Source: a virus
Taxonomy: Duplodnaviria > Caudoviricetes
Direction: 5' to 3' (one strand)
DNA length: 64,000 nucleotides
Virus record (IMG/VR): IMGVR_UViG_3300037991_001277
Coordinates: 1-64,000 of that record
The first letter of the stretch is position 1. The number at the start of each line of letters is the position of its first letter. Below are positions 36,279-44,475 of the stretch, in pieces. Under the pieces are notes generated by a model. The model searched no databases. It saw nothing but the letters and a program-made list of their open reading frames with translations, and had not been told where the DNA came from. The translations under genes and the position numbers were made by a program.

Positions 36279-36388
36279 CCCGTTGTAAACTCCTTGATGA
36301 ATGGTTTGATGCTAAGTCGAAAGAAGTCGATGATGCTGAAAAGAAAAGCAAGAAGTGTTTTGTAACGGGGGATAAGAAATGCCAATAA
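36275..36388 (+). CDS. Possible 37-aa ORF
   Basis: ATGA overlap and GAGGAGG RBS; MTRCKLLDEWFDAKSKEVDDAEKKSKKCFVTGDKKCQ. Confidence 0.4.
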   Translation: MTRCKLLDEWFDAKSKEVDDAEKKSKKCFVTGDKKCQ

Positions 36389-37941
36389 TTTTCAATCCCG
36401 GTGAGGCTGAAACACGACCACTTGACCCTTCTGCTATTGTCTATACTACTGCACAGAAAGTTGCAGATTTCCTCTCAATTGGCCCTCAAGATGCGGTACT
36501 TGTTAGTGCAGATAGCACTACTAATACCGTTTTCGTCACTGGTGCTGATTACAGAACTATTGGTTTTGAATCGGGAGATACTATCCTCATTTACTCGGAT
36601 GCTGACCCACTAGGTATTGAGAGAGTAATTACAACCATAAGCACAAGTGCAAATGGGGTTGAACTTAATTTTGATACTACAATCACTGCTTCTAATTATC
36701 AGGCTGCTGACAATACCTATGTTCAAAACACAGCATCGTTTACCAATGGTAAAACTCGTGGTATGAAAAGGTCAGTTGTAGAGGCTCGTATCAAAGAGGC
36801 TCAGGATAAAATTGACAACCTTACACACAACGCTTGGCGACCATATCTTGTGAGTGCCGAGTACATTAACTTCGACACATACAAGCCATACAGGAGAAGA
36901 TACTATACAGATTATGTCGGTACTGCTCCTCTACTGTTTAGAAATGTGCAACAGATTCTTCGTCTTGAATTATGGCAGGGAGACGACTATCGAGAAATCT
37001 GTAGTGCTGAGGCTCGTATTCACATACCTGACGATGTAAGAGCACTTTCAGGCTCTATCATCATGTCTACAGGTAACGGCTCGGCTGCTACATTGACTAT
37101 CGGTACTGGTAGTAATCAATGGCGTGCTGACTTTGACCCTGCTACAACTGCACAAAATCTTGCTGACCTCATCAATAAAGAGGACAGAGTAAATAAAGCA
37201 GCAGTGGAGTTTTCACCAGCATACAAATTAGAAGGTTCTTCAAGCAACATCAATGTCGATAACGAGTTCCTCGCTACAGCAAATGCTGATTACGGCACTG
37301 GTAAAGTAAAGGTTACCAGTATGCGTGCTGGTAAAGGTGGTGAAACTTGTTCTATTGTCACCACTGACAGCAATATCCAACTCAAACAAACCACCAAACA
37401 TACAGCAACTATTACCAGTATTGTATCTACTACTGTCAATGTAGACGATACCAGTTCTTTTTCACACGCTGGTGTCTGTGTAAAGGGCGACACTGTGTTT
37501 AGATATACTGGTAAAACTGCTACATCATTTACAGGATGCGTTATTGTTGTAGGTAGTCCTCTTAGTGACCTTAGTGGAGAAATCATTCAGCACACTTTTA
37601 CTATCGACTTACAAGGTGGCTCAGCAAGTGGTGATAATGCTCGTCTAAGAGATTGGTGGGCTGACTATGAGATGGGTATTATCTACTTCAACAACTCCTA
37701 TCCGTTCTTTGAGTGGAATGCTATCAAGTGCTCATACATTTATGGTGAGAGATACTTAGAGAAAGCCATTGAAGAGGCTGCTACAAAGATGGTGGCGATT
37801 GATGTTCTAATGTCAGATGACAGAAGTGTATTGATTCCTGAAGGAACTCAGAATGTAGATTTGACTTCAAAGATTCAGTTGCTACGGGCTGAAGTCGATG
37901 CTATCTTAGCCCGATATATCGAAATTGTTGTGTTTGAGTGA
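36379..37941 (+). CDS. Head-tail connector/adaptor-like protein with inserted beta-rich domains
   Basis: N-terminal YTTAQKVADFL and IKEAQDKIDNLT, C-terminal YIYG..AIEEAATKMVAID, typical of adaptor proteins; position after the head genes. Confidence 0.6.
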   Translation: MPIIFNPGEAETRPLDPSAIVYTTAQKVADFLSIGPQDAVLVSADSTTNTVFVTGADYRTIGFESGDTILIYSDADPLGIERVITTISTSANGVELNFDTTITASNYQAADNTYVQNTASFTNGKTRGMKRSVVEARIKEAQDKIDNLTHNAWRPYLVSAEYINFDTYKPYRRRYYTDYVGTAPLLFRNVQQILRLELWQGDDYREICSAEARIHIPDDVRALSGSIIMSTGNGSAATLTIGTGSNQWRADFDPATTAQNLADLINKEDRVNKAAVEFSPAYKLEGSSSNINVDNEFLATANADYGTGKVKVTSMRAGKGGETCSIVTTDSNIQLKQTTKHTATITSIVSTTVNVDDTSSFSHAGVCVKGDTVFRYTGKTATSFTGCVIVVGSPLSDLSGEIIQHTFTIDLQGGSASGDNARLRDWWADYEMGIIYFNNSYPFFEWNAIKCSYIYGERYLEKAIEEAATKMVAIDVLMSDDRSVLIPEGTQNVDLTSKIQLLRAEVDAILARYIEIVVFE

Positions 37942-37947
37942 TGCCCT

Positions 37948-38283
37948 ATGAAGCCTCAAGATGAGTTTTTGGAAATGCTGACTGCTGAATTGTCAGACCC
38001 AAAGATGCAAAAAGAACTTCGTGCTGTTATTACTCAGCGACCTGAAGTGTTTAGAGATAAGGTCGAAGCACAAGAATTAGGCATGTATAGTATTAGAAAA
38101 ACTGACGATGGTTACAAAAAAGGTAACCAAGCAGCACCTCAGTCTGAGATTAATGCTGCATTAAAAAATGCCGATAAGCGTATGCTCCGTGAATCACCAC
38201 TGTTAATTGAGAAAAAGTTGGTGTTTAAGGGTGGCTTGTTGCTGCCTGATAAGAAGGCATACAAGAAAATGAAGGCGGAGTGA
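37948..38283 (+). CDS. Hypothetical neck-region protein
   Basis: 111-aa ORF in the operon. Confidence 0.6.
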   Translation: MKPQDEFLEMLTAELSDPKMQKELRAVITQRPEVFRDKVEAQELGMYSIRKTDDGYKKGNQAAPQSEINAALKNADKRMLRESPLLIEKKLVFKGGLLLPDKKAYKKMKAE

Positions 38284-38287
38284 TAAT

Positions 38288-38734
38288 ATGGTTGCTACAT
38301 TTACTGAGTCTCTTGATATGGTTATTAGCACTCTCAATGACTGGAATCGTGCTAACACTAGCAACATCAAACCAGTCATAGCCGATATTGCTACCCTTGT
38401 TCCTGAGCGTGGAAAGAGGATTGATTTATCTCGCCACGACTATATTCTGTGCTACGAAACAGCACACAACGAAGAAGCACCTGAATTGCTGTATGACTTC
38501 GTTACCACTCGTCTCAACATAACAGTTGATGCTCGTACATCAAAGGGTAGAAAGCATCTTCAGTTGATGGAGAATGAGATTAGAAGATTGATTCACTCCG
38601 TAAGAAAAGGTGACGGTGTAAACTTTGACCGCATGGTTTACAAGACCCGTACCGATTTATCTGATAGGTCGAAAGTATTATTCCGAATGACCTTTCAGAT
38701 AGAAGTAGTTATCTTTGCGGAGTTAGTGCCTTGA
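38288..38734 (+). CDS. Probable tail terminator or tail-completion protein
   Basis: 148 aa, directly before the tail tube gene; RLNITVDART...ENEIRRLI...FRMTFQIEVV pattern. Confidence 0.55.
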   Translation: MVATFTESLDMVISTLNDWNRANTSNIKPVIADIATLVPERGKRIDLSRHDYILCYETAHNEEAPELLYDFVTTRLNITVDARTSKGRKHLQLMENEIRRLIHSVRKGDGVNFDRMVYKTRTDLSDRSKVLFRMTFQIEVVIFAELVP

Positions 38735-38745
38735 GTTGAGCCGAC

Positions 38746-40758
38746 ATGCCATCTACAGTATACAAAGGAGATTTAACCGAAGTCTCATTCGGTCACGAAA
38801 CAGCATTGGAACTAAAACACAATGGATTTGGCTCATCGTTTTTGTTCAAACATGTATCTACAGATGCTAATTCAAACACCAGTGTTATTGGATTTTCAGG
38901 CGGTGGCTCTGCTTTACCTTGTGCTGGAGGACTTTTGAAATATCCAGTTGGTATGCTGGTCGGTTGTAAAATCTCTATTGTTGGTAAGACAAACTTCACG
39001 GCAGACGATTCTCACAATACTGGTCGCACTTACACTGTATTAGAGCACAAAAATCACTCTTCAAATGGAACGGAATTAACCGTTACACCTGCTTTGAAAT
39101 CAGGAATTGGTAATTCTGGCGCAAACGATATACTCATCATCAACTCTTTTGGTACACCAACCTTTGATGCAAATATGACTGGATGGAATATCACAGCGGC
39201 TTCTAGTAGTGAGCGTGTGCTTACTGACCAGTTCCTCGGTCTTGCTGCTACTGTTACTCTACCTGAAACAAAAGTAGACCTCAAGCGTTACCACATTGTA
39301 GGACTTGGCCGTGATGCTGCGGTGCAAGTACCGGGTCGTTTCCTAAATGAAGGTGGGTCATTTGAAGTCAATCTACACAATCCACGATGGTTGTATTATT
39401 GCTTAGGTATGGAGTCTATATCTTACATGGCAAACGGTGCTGCTGCAAATCTGTATGACTCACTTATGAGCAACACTCGCACTCTAAATGGTGCTGTCGA
39501 AAAAGGACAGTCTCTGATTACAGTAGATGGTGCTCTTCAATTTACCAGTGCTGCAAATGGTAGTGCTGGAACATCTAACGCTCAAGCAGGTGATTACATT
39601 CTTATTAGAGACACAACGGTAGAGGATATTATAACTCACCGTGAAGGTACAACAGCGACTGGTGCTGCTTTTGGTGCGGTGAATATTGAAGGAGATGACT
39701 TCTTTGACACCACTCAAAAGAATGAGATTCGTAGAATCGCTGCTATTGATGGTAATACTATCTTCCTAGATGACGGTCTTTGTTACGGTCACGCTGATGG
39801 TTGTCAAGTGCGTATCATTCGCTTTGATGGAGACGGGGGAGGAGCAACCAATACTGGTAGCCCTCATCGTGCATCAACAGGTGCTCTTACATTCCCTATC
39901 AGTCGTTTGCTTTATTCTCGTGATAGCGTGCCATCTTTTGCTATGGAGGTAAGCATTCGTAGAAGAGATGTAGAGGGTGCTGATGCTGATGTTACAGACG
40001 GAGGAACAACAGACCCTAAACAACTCACTCGTGTGTTTAAGGGGTGCAAGGTCAAAGATTTCTCTATGACTGCTGATACAGATGCTGCTCTTCGACTTAG
40101 CGTAAACTTTGATTCAGCACTATGCTACACAGATACTGGTCGTCTTGAAACCACTGCTGTATCTAATTACTCAAGTGGTACAAAAGGTGACAGATACAAA
40201 ACTCATCGTATGTTTGAAGAAACAGCAAGCACGCCTGTTCTACGAAAAGAGGCTGGTATTGAGAAAGGTACACAAAAGCCATACATGTTCTACAACGGAA
40301 CAGTTGTAATTGCTGGAGTAAACATAGGTCAAGTTGTTTCATTCACTATTACTGGCAACACTGGAGTGCAGCAATTCTACACCATCAACGGTGCTGCTAC
40401 ATCCGACAGTGTTACTGACCAAATCCCATTCGGTGGCTCTCGTAACGCTTCACTTGCTATTGAGGGTAAAACTGAGTACAGCATGGACTGTGAGATTATT
40501 GTAGATGACCCAGTATTCTATCATAAGATGCGAAGGGCAGTAGACCACCCATCAAGTGCTGATAATATGATTCGTTTATCCTTTACAAAGCCGGGGTCTG
40601 CCACTCCTCGTGAGCAGATTGACATTATAGTAGATGACTTCTTTATCACAGAAGCACCACTACCAATCCCTGAAGATAAAGGCGTAATCAAAGCACCTTT
40701 GAAGATTTTACCAAAGGCTTTGCGTGTAGTTTCAAGAGACACGATACTACATTCTTGA
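38746..40758 (+). CDS. Major tail tube protein with inserted accessory domains
   Basis: YKGDLTEVSFGHET start, GGSFEVNL...WLYYCLG, SFAMEV, VFKGCKVKDFSM, SFTITGN; upstream of the chaperones and tape measure. Confidence 0.7.
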   Translation: MPSTVYKGDLTEVSFGHETALELKHNGFGSSFLFKHVSTDANSNTSVIGFSGGGSALPCAGGLLKYPVGMLVGCKISIVGKTNFTADDSHNTGRTYTVLEHKNHSSNGTELTVTPALKSGIGNSGANDILIINSFGTPTFDANMTGWNITAASSSERVLTDQFLGLAATVTLPETKVDLKRYHIVGLGRDAAVQVPGRFLNEGGSFEVNLHNPRWLYYCLGMESISYMANGAAANLYDSLMSNTRTLNGAVEKGQSLITVDGALQFTSAANGSAGTSNAQAGDYILIRDTTVEDIITHREGTTATGAAFGAVNIEGDDFFDTTQKNEIRRIAAIDGNTIFLDDGLCYGHADGCQVRIIRFDGDGGGATNTGSPHRASTGALTFPISRLLYSRDSVPSFAMEVSIRRRDVEGADADVTDGGTTDPKQLTRVFKGCKVKDFSMTADTDAALRLSVNFDSALCYTDTGRLETTAVSNYSSGTKGDRYKTHRMFEETASTPVLRKEAGIEKGTQKPYMFYNGTVVIAGVNIGQVVSFTITGNTGVQQFYTINGAATSDSVTDQIPFGGSRNASLAIEGKTEYSMDCEIIVDDPVFYHKMRRAVDHPSSADNMIRLSFTKPGSATPREQIDIIVDDFFITEAPLPIPEDKGVIKAPLKILPKALRVVSRDTILHS

Positions 40759-40769
40759 GGTGATTTAAC

Positions 40770-41312
40770 ATGGTAACACCAGCACAGCGAGCAAAAAAAT
40801 ATGGAGAACTGTCTTACGAAGAGTATGCTCTTTGGTATGCTTCTGAGATAGGAGTAACTGAAGGAGATATTACTGCTGCTGGTAAAATGCGCTCAGTAGA
40901 ACTCATTGAAGATGCAGTTACTGCACTTTTACCTACAGTAGATGAGCAAGATGTTGCTGAAGAGCCAACAGAAGAAGTATATGAAGCAACATCAGAATTG
41001 GCTACACCTGAAGAGATTGGTGATAGCGAAGATTTTCCAACAGACCTGACCTATGACGCTATGACCGTCAAGGAACTTCAGGCACTATGCAAAGACCGTG
41101 GGCTACCTGTCTACGGCACAAAAGCCGAAATCGCTCTACGCTTGAAGCGTGACGATGAAGGCATATCCGAGTCCACGACTGAGACTGAAGCCCCCGCTGA
41201 AGCGGCTGCTGAAGTTGAGTCGGACACCCCCGCTGAAGCGGCTGTGACCAATGGTGAGACAAATGACGAAAACAGTAGTAGCAAACAAGAATCTTTTGAT
41301 GAGACGGCATGA
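40770..41312 (+). CDS. Acidic protein with a SAP domain
   Basis: YDAMTVKELQALCKDRGLPVYGTKAEIALRL matches the SAP consensus. Confidence 0.8.
   Translation: MVTPAQRAKKYGELSYEEYALWYASEIGVTEGDITAAGKMRSVELIEDAVTALLPTVDEQDVAEEPTEEVYEATSELATPEEIGDSEDFPTDLTYDAMTVKELQALCKDRGLPVYGTKAEIALRLKRDDEGISESTTETEAPAEAAAEVESDTPAEAAVTNGETNDENSSSKQESFDETA
41191..41244 (+). repeat. 18-bp direct repeat CCCCCGCTGAAGCGGCTG (two copies) within the SAP gene
   Basis: At 41191-41208 and 41227-41244; encodes (A/T)PAEAA. Confidence 0.8.
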
Positions 41313-41640
41313 TGAACAGAAACACGAAATTAGCGTAGACCCCGATAATCCTGATATTATCATGGAGGTTTGGGTGCGTGATGTTTCTTTCTTCGACATT
41401 CAAAAGGCTGCACAAGAAATGTTTAACATCGGTAAAGATGGTCAAATGTCTCTAAACCTAGAAGGCTTTTACAAATACGCTTTTTCAAATTGGGTAGTAC
41501 GAACTAACCCAGCCATGTCGAATGATGACTTATTGAAACTCAAGGGTCACATTGGTGAACAAATATCTGCACTCCTACCAAGTCCTAACGAACTGGGTGA
41601 AATGATGGCAGGGGGGTTTACCAAAGGCGGGAAGAAGTGA
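41263..41640 (+). CDS. Probable tail assembly chaperone (gpG-like)
   Basis: Between the tail tube and tape measure; ATG 41263 after GGTGA; G6 run near the 3' end. Confidence 0.6.
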   Translation: MTKTVVANKNLLMRRHDEQKHEISVDPDNPDIIMEVWVRDVSFFDIQKAAQEMFNIGKDGQMSLNLEGFYKYAFSNWVVRTNPAMSNDDLLKLKGHIGEQISALLPSPNELGEMMAGGFTKGGKK

Positions 41641-41915
41641 TTCGGGATTTCCTGAGTCGCAAAGTCATAGCGACACCTGCCGATTTAGAACTCTCTCTTG
41701 AGATGAAAGCATACATTGTAGCAAAGCATTATACAATTTCAATAAAAGAGGTACATGAGATGACTCCACAGCAATTCTATCAATCCTATACTTGGGCGAT
41801 GATTGCTCGTGAAGAAGAGGAAAAAGCAAACAAAAGAGCAACACAATCAGCGAAAAATGGTAGTCGAGAAACAGTGTCTCTTGACTATGATTTCCTAAAT
41901 AGGGAGGATTTCTGA
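41637..41915 (+). CDS. Probable second tail chaperone segment (gpT-like)
   Basis: -1 frame relative to the upstream gene; YTISIKEVHEMTPQQF resembles gpT-type motifs; directly before the tape measure. Confidence 0.55.
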   Translation: MIRDFLSRKVIATPADLELSLEMKAYIVAKHYTISIKEVHEMTPQQFYQSYTWAMIAREEEEKANKRATQSAKNGSRETVSLDYDFLNREDF

Positions 41916-43228
41916 TGGTAGCACTGGCTGGCTTAACCGTAGCCCTTACTGGGTTATCGACTGGTGCTGGTGTAGTATCAGGTATCTTTGGTGCTCTTGG
42001 TGGTATATTTGGTAGTGCAATTTCAGCAATAACTGGTGCTTTTGCTGGTGCTGTTACACTCATAAAAGAGGGGTTTCAAGTTGTCAAAGATTGGTTTAAT
42101 GAAAATATCATGCCAATTTTCCAAGCACTTTGGGAGTATTCTGAGCCTATTATAATGACAATAGGGCAGTTCATAATGGACACGCTTGGCCTTGCGTTTG
42201 ATACATTAAAGGTAGCATGGGAGATTTTCGTGCTTGCGATGGATTTATTGTGGCAAGAAGTAATAGTACCGTTATGGAATCTAGTTGGCCCAATTATCGA
42301 AGGCGGTCTTGTTGTATTAGGTATCTTATGGGATGTTCTTGTTAAAGGAATGAAATTAGCATGGGATAATTTGATTGTGCCTCTTTGGAACTTAGTGGGT
42401 ATTCCTATCACGGCTGGCTTAACTGCGATTGGTTTACTTTGGGATGCGATTATGGCTGGTATGGCCTTGGCTTGGAATAATATTACAGTTCCTTTATGGA
42501 ATCTAGTTGGCCCACCAATAGAGGATGGTATAAAGGCAGTCGGTGCAGGGTGGGATTTACTCGTAGATGGTATGAAAGCAATTTGGGGTGTTACAGTTGT
42601 ACCACTTTGGAATCTAGTTGGTGGGCCAATGATTGCTGGTATGGAGGTTATCAAAGCATTTTGGAATGTACTCGTAAGCGGTATGAAATTAGTTTGGGAT
42701 AATACTCTTGGTGCTCTATGGGATGCAGCAGGGCCGGGTATAATGCAGGGTATAGAAAATCTGAAGGTTGTTTGGGATGCTATGGTAACAGTGCTTGAAT
42801 GGACTTGGGATAATATTCTATCACCTGTATTTGACGCATTTGCCTATGCACTAGATTTAGTATGGGATGCTATACAGCCGATTCTCGATGCAATTGAAAA
42901 GGTGATGGAATATGGCGGCAAAATCATTGATGCTGGTTTAGAAATGATGGGATTCGCTGACGGTGGTATAGCAACTGGGCCTGAGTCGGGTTACCCAGTA
43001 ATGTTACACGGAACAGAAGCAGTTGTTCCTCTACCGGATGGTCGTTCTATTCCTGTAGAAATGAAAGGTGGTGGAGGCGGAGGCGGTAACACCTACAATA
43101 TTACAATCAATCCATCAGGCATGACAGACAGAACTGACAAGCGTGAGTTCGCAAGAAAGATGAGCAACGCCATCCAGCAAGAGATTGCTCGTGCAAGCGG
43201 TGGTTCAACAATGAGGTCGGGTAGATGA
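41915..43228 (+). CDS. Tape measure protein (short, 437 aa)
   Basis: Trp-periodic amphipathic repeats; C-terminal FADGGIATGP...LHGTEAVVPL and YNITIN motifs. Confidence 0.85.
   Translation: MVALAGLTVALTGLSTGAGVVSGIFGALGGIFGSAISAITGAFAGAVTLIKEGFQVVKDWFNENIMPIFQALWEYSEPIIMTIGQFIMDTLGLAFDTLKVAWEIFVLAMDLLWQEVIVPLWNLVGPIIEGGLVVLGILWDVLVKGMKLAWDNLIVPLWNLVGIPITAGLTAIGLLWDAIMAGMALAWNNITVPLWNLVGPPIEDGIKAVGAGWDLLVDGMKAIWGVTVVPLWNLVGGPMIAGMEVIKAFWNVLVSGMKLVWDNTLGALWDAAGPGIMQGIENLKVVWDAMVTVLEWTWDNILSPVFDAFAYALDLVWDAIQPILDAIEKVMEYGGKIIDAGLEMMGFADGGIATGPESGYPVMLHGTEAVVPLPDGRSIPVEMKGGGGGGGNTYNITINPSGMTDRTDKREFARKMSNAIQQEIARASGGSTMRSGR
42269..42720 (+). repeat. 111-bp (37-aa) tandem repeat in the tape measure gene
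   Basis: PLWNLVG codons start at 42269, 42380, 42491 and 42602, exactly 111 bp apart; degenerate copies flank them. Confidence 0.85.
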
Positions 43229-44466
43229 GTGACGGATATGGTACACCTATTCGCCTCCACTTTGACGGTGGAGTAGGTCACAAAATAGGTCTTGGTGACA
43301 AACCTTTTCCTCCTATGGAACTTCAAGCACTCTCTATTGCTCTTAGCGTAGAGCGTAAAGTTGGTGGTATGCCTATACCGCTATTCGGAGGGTCAAGAAT
43401 AGGTATTGATTTGAACATGGTTAATTCTACAATTGTTATTGAGGGTATTTTTACAGACGATGATGTAAACAGACGCTCATCACCTGCTACTGCTGCTACC
43501 AGTGTAATTGATTTTGCAGTTAATCAAGCAGAAACTTCTAGCATTGGTAAGTTCGTACAAGTAGCAAACTCAATTTTTTTCAGCAATTTAGAAAAACTAG
43601 AGTTAAAGGAAAAGCAATCTGCTGATAGTAGCGTCACTGTAGTAAAGACTATTCATTTTGTGCCTGATAACAGTAAGGACTTTTCAAACCCCGGTGTTTC
43701 AAATGTTGTAACAGACACTAATTCTCCATCCGGTACAAAAGTATACACTCATTCTTCATCAACAACACCAGCACATATCGCTGCTTCTGTCGTGACAGCA
43801 TTAGGAGCAAGTCATCTAAACTCAACAATCACTGGCTCTGTATCAACATCTGAGTTTGCACCTGCTGCTGGTAGTTCAAAACTTACACTTACACAAGGCG
43901 TTAATGGTGCGATGTTAGTTAATGATAGCGTAAAATGGTTTGTAGATGCTGACAACTATGCTCCATATCACCGACCATTCAGTGGAGGCTCAAGCGCAAC
44001 TGATTTGAACAATAAATCGGCTGGAGATAAAGTGCAAGACTTGTATGGTATCTTACACAATACAGACAGAGGCACTGCTGCTTTAGTCGCTGGCTTAGCA
44101 GTTGGTGTGGCAACTGGCGGTGTTGGTTTAGCCGTTGGTGCTGTAGCAGGTGGTGTTTTAGGTTTTGATGGTTTATTTAATGGTGATTATCCTATTGGTT
44201 TACAAATACCTTACAACTCAATGATTACTGCTGATGATGGTAAAAAATATAGTGTCCGTAACTTTATGATTCAGACTGGTCTTTTTGTAGATACAAATGA
44301 AAAAATAGCATCGGGTAATACAAAGTCAGCAAATGTAGATTTTAGTACAACAGATGAAACCACTGGTATTCAAGGTACAATACAGAAGTTTGATGTTGGG
44401 TACAATGCTGGTGAGCAACACTATACATTCCAAATGGTCTTTGCTCCGATTGACATGATTATTTGA
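43225..44466 (+). CDS. Probable distal tail or baseplate protein
   Basis: Directly after the tape measure; beta-rich, IDLNMVNSTIVIEGIF and GTIQKFDVGYNAGE..YTFQMVF; internal Gly-rich hydrophobic stretch. Confidence 0.55.
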   Translation: MSDGYGTPIRLHFDGGVGHKIGLGDKPFPPMELQALSIALSVERKVGGMPIPLFGGSRIGIDLNMVNSTIVIEGIFTDDDVNRRSSPATAATSVIDFAVNQAETSSIGKFVQVANSIFFSNLEKLELKEKQSADSSVTVVKTIHFVPDNSKDFSNPGVSNVVTDTNSPSGTKVYTHSSSTTPAHIAASVVTALGASHLNSTITGSVSTSEFAPAAGSSKLTLTQGVNGAMLVNDSVKWFVDADNYAPYHRPFSGGSSATDLNNKSAGDKVQDLYGILHNTDRGTAALVAGLAVGVATGGVGLAVGAVAGGVLGFDGLFNGDYPIGLQIPYNSMITADDGKKYSVRNFMIQTGLFVDTNEKIASGNTKSANVDFSTTDETTGIQGTIQKFDVGYNAGEQHYTFQMVFAPIDMII

Positions 44467-44475
44467 GGTGATAAA

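Noticed and set aside
5378-41262. Track start codons at 5378, 10101, 12539, 20670, 20896, 25574, 33539, 35090 and 41251
   Set aside because: Downstream ATGs have better RBS spacing or stop-start overlaps and avoid long overlaps with upstream genes; starts were moved accordingly.
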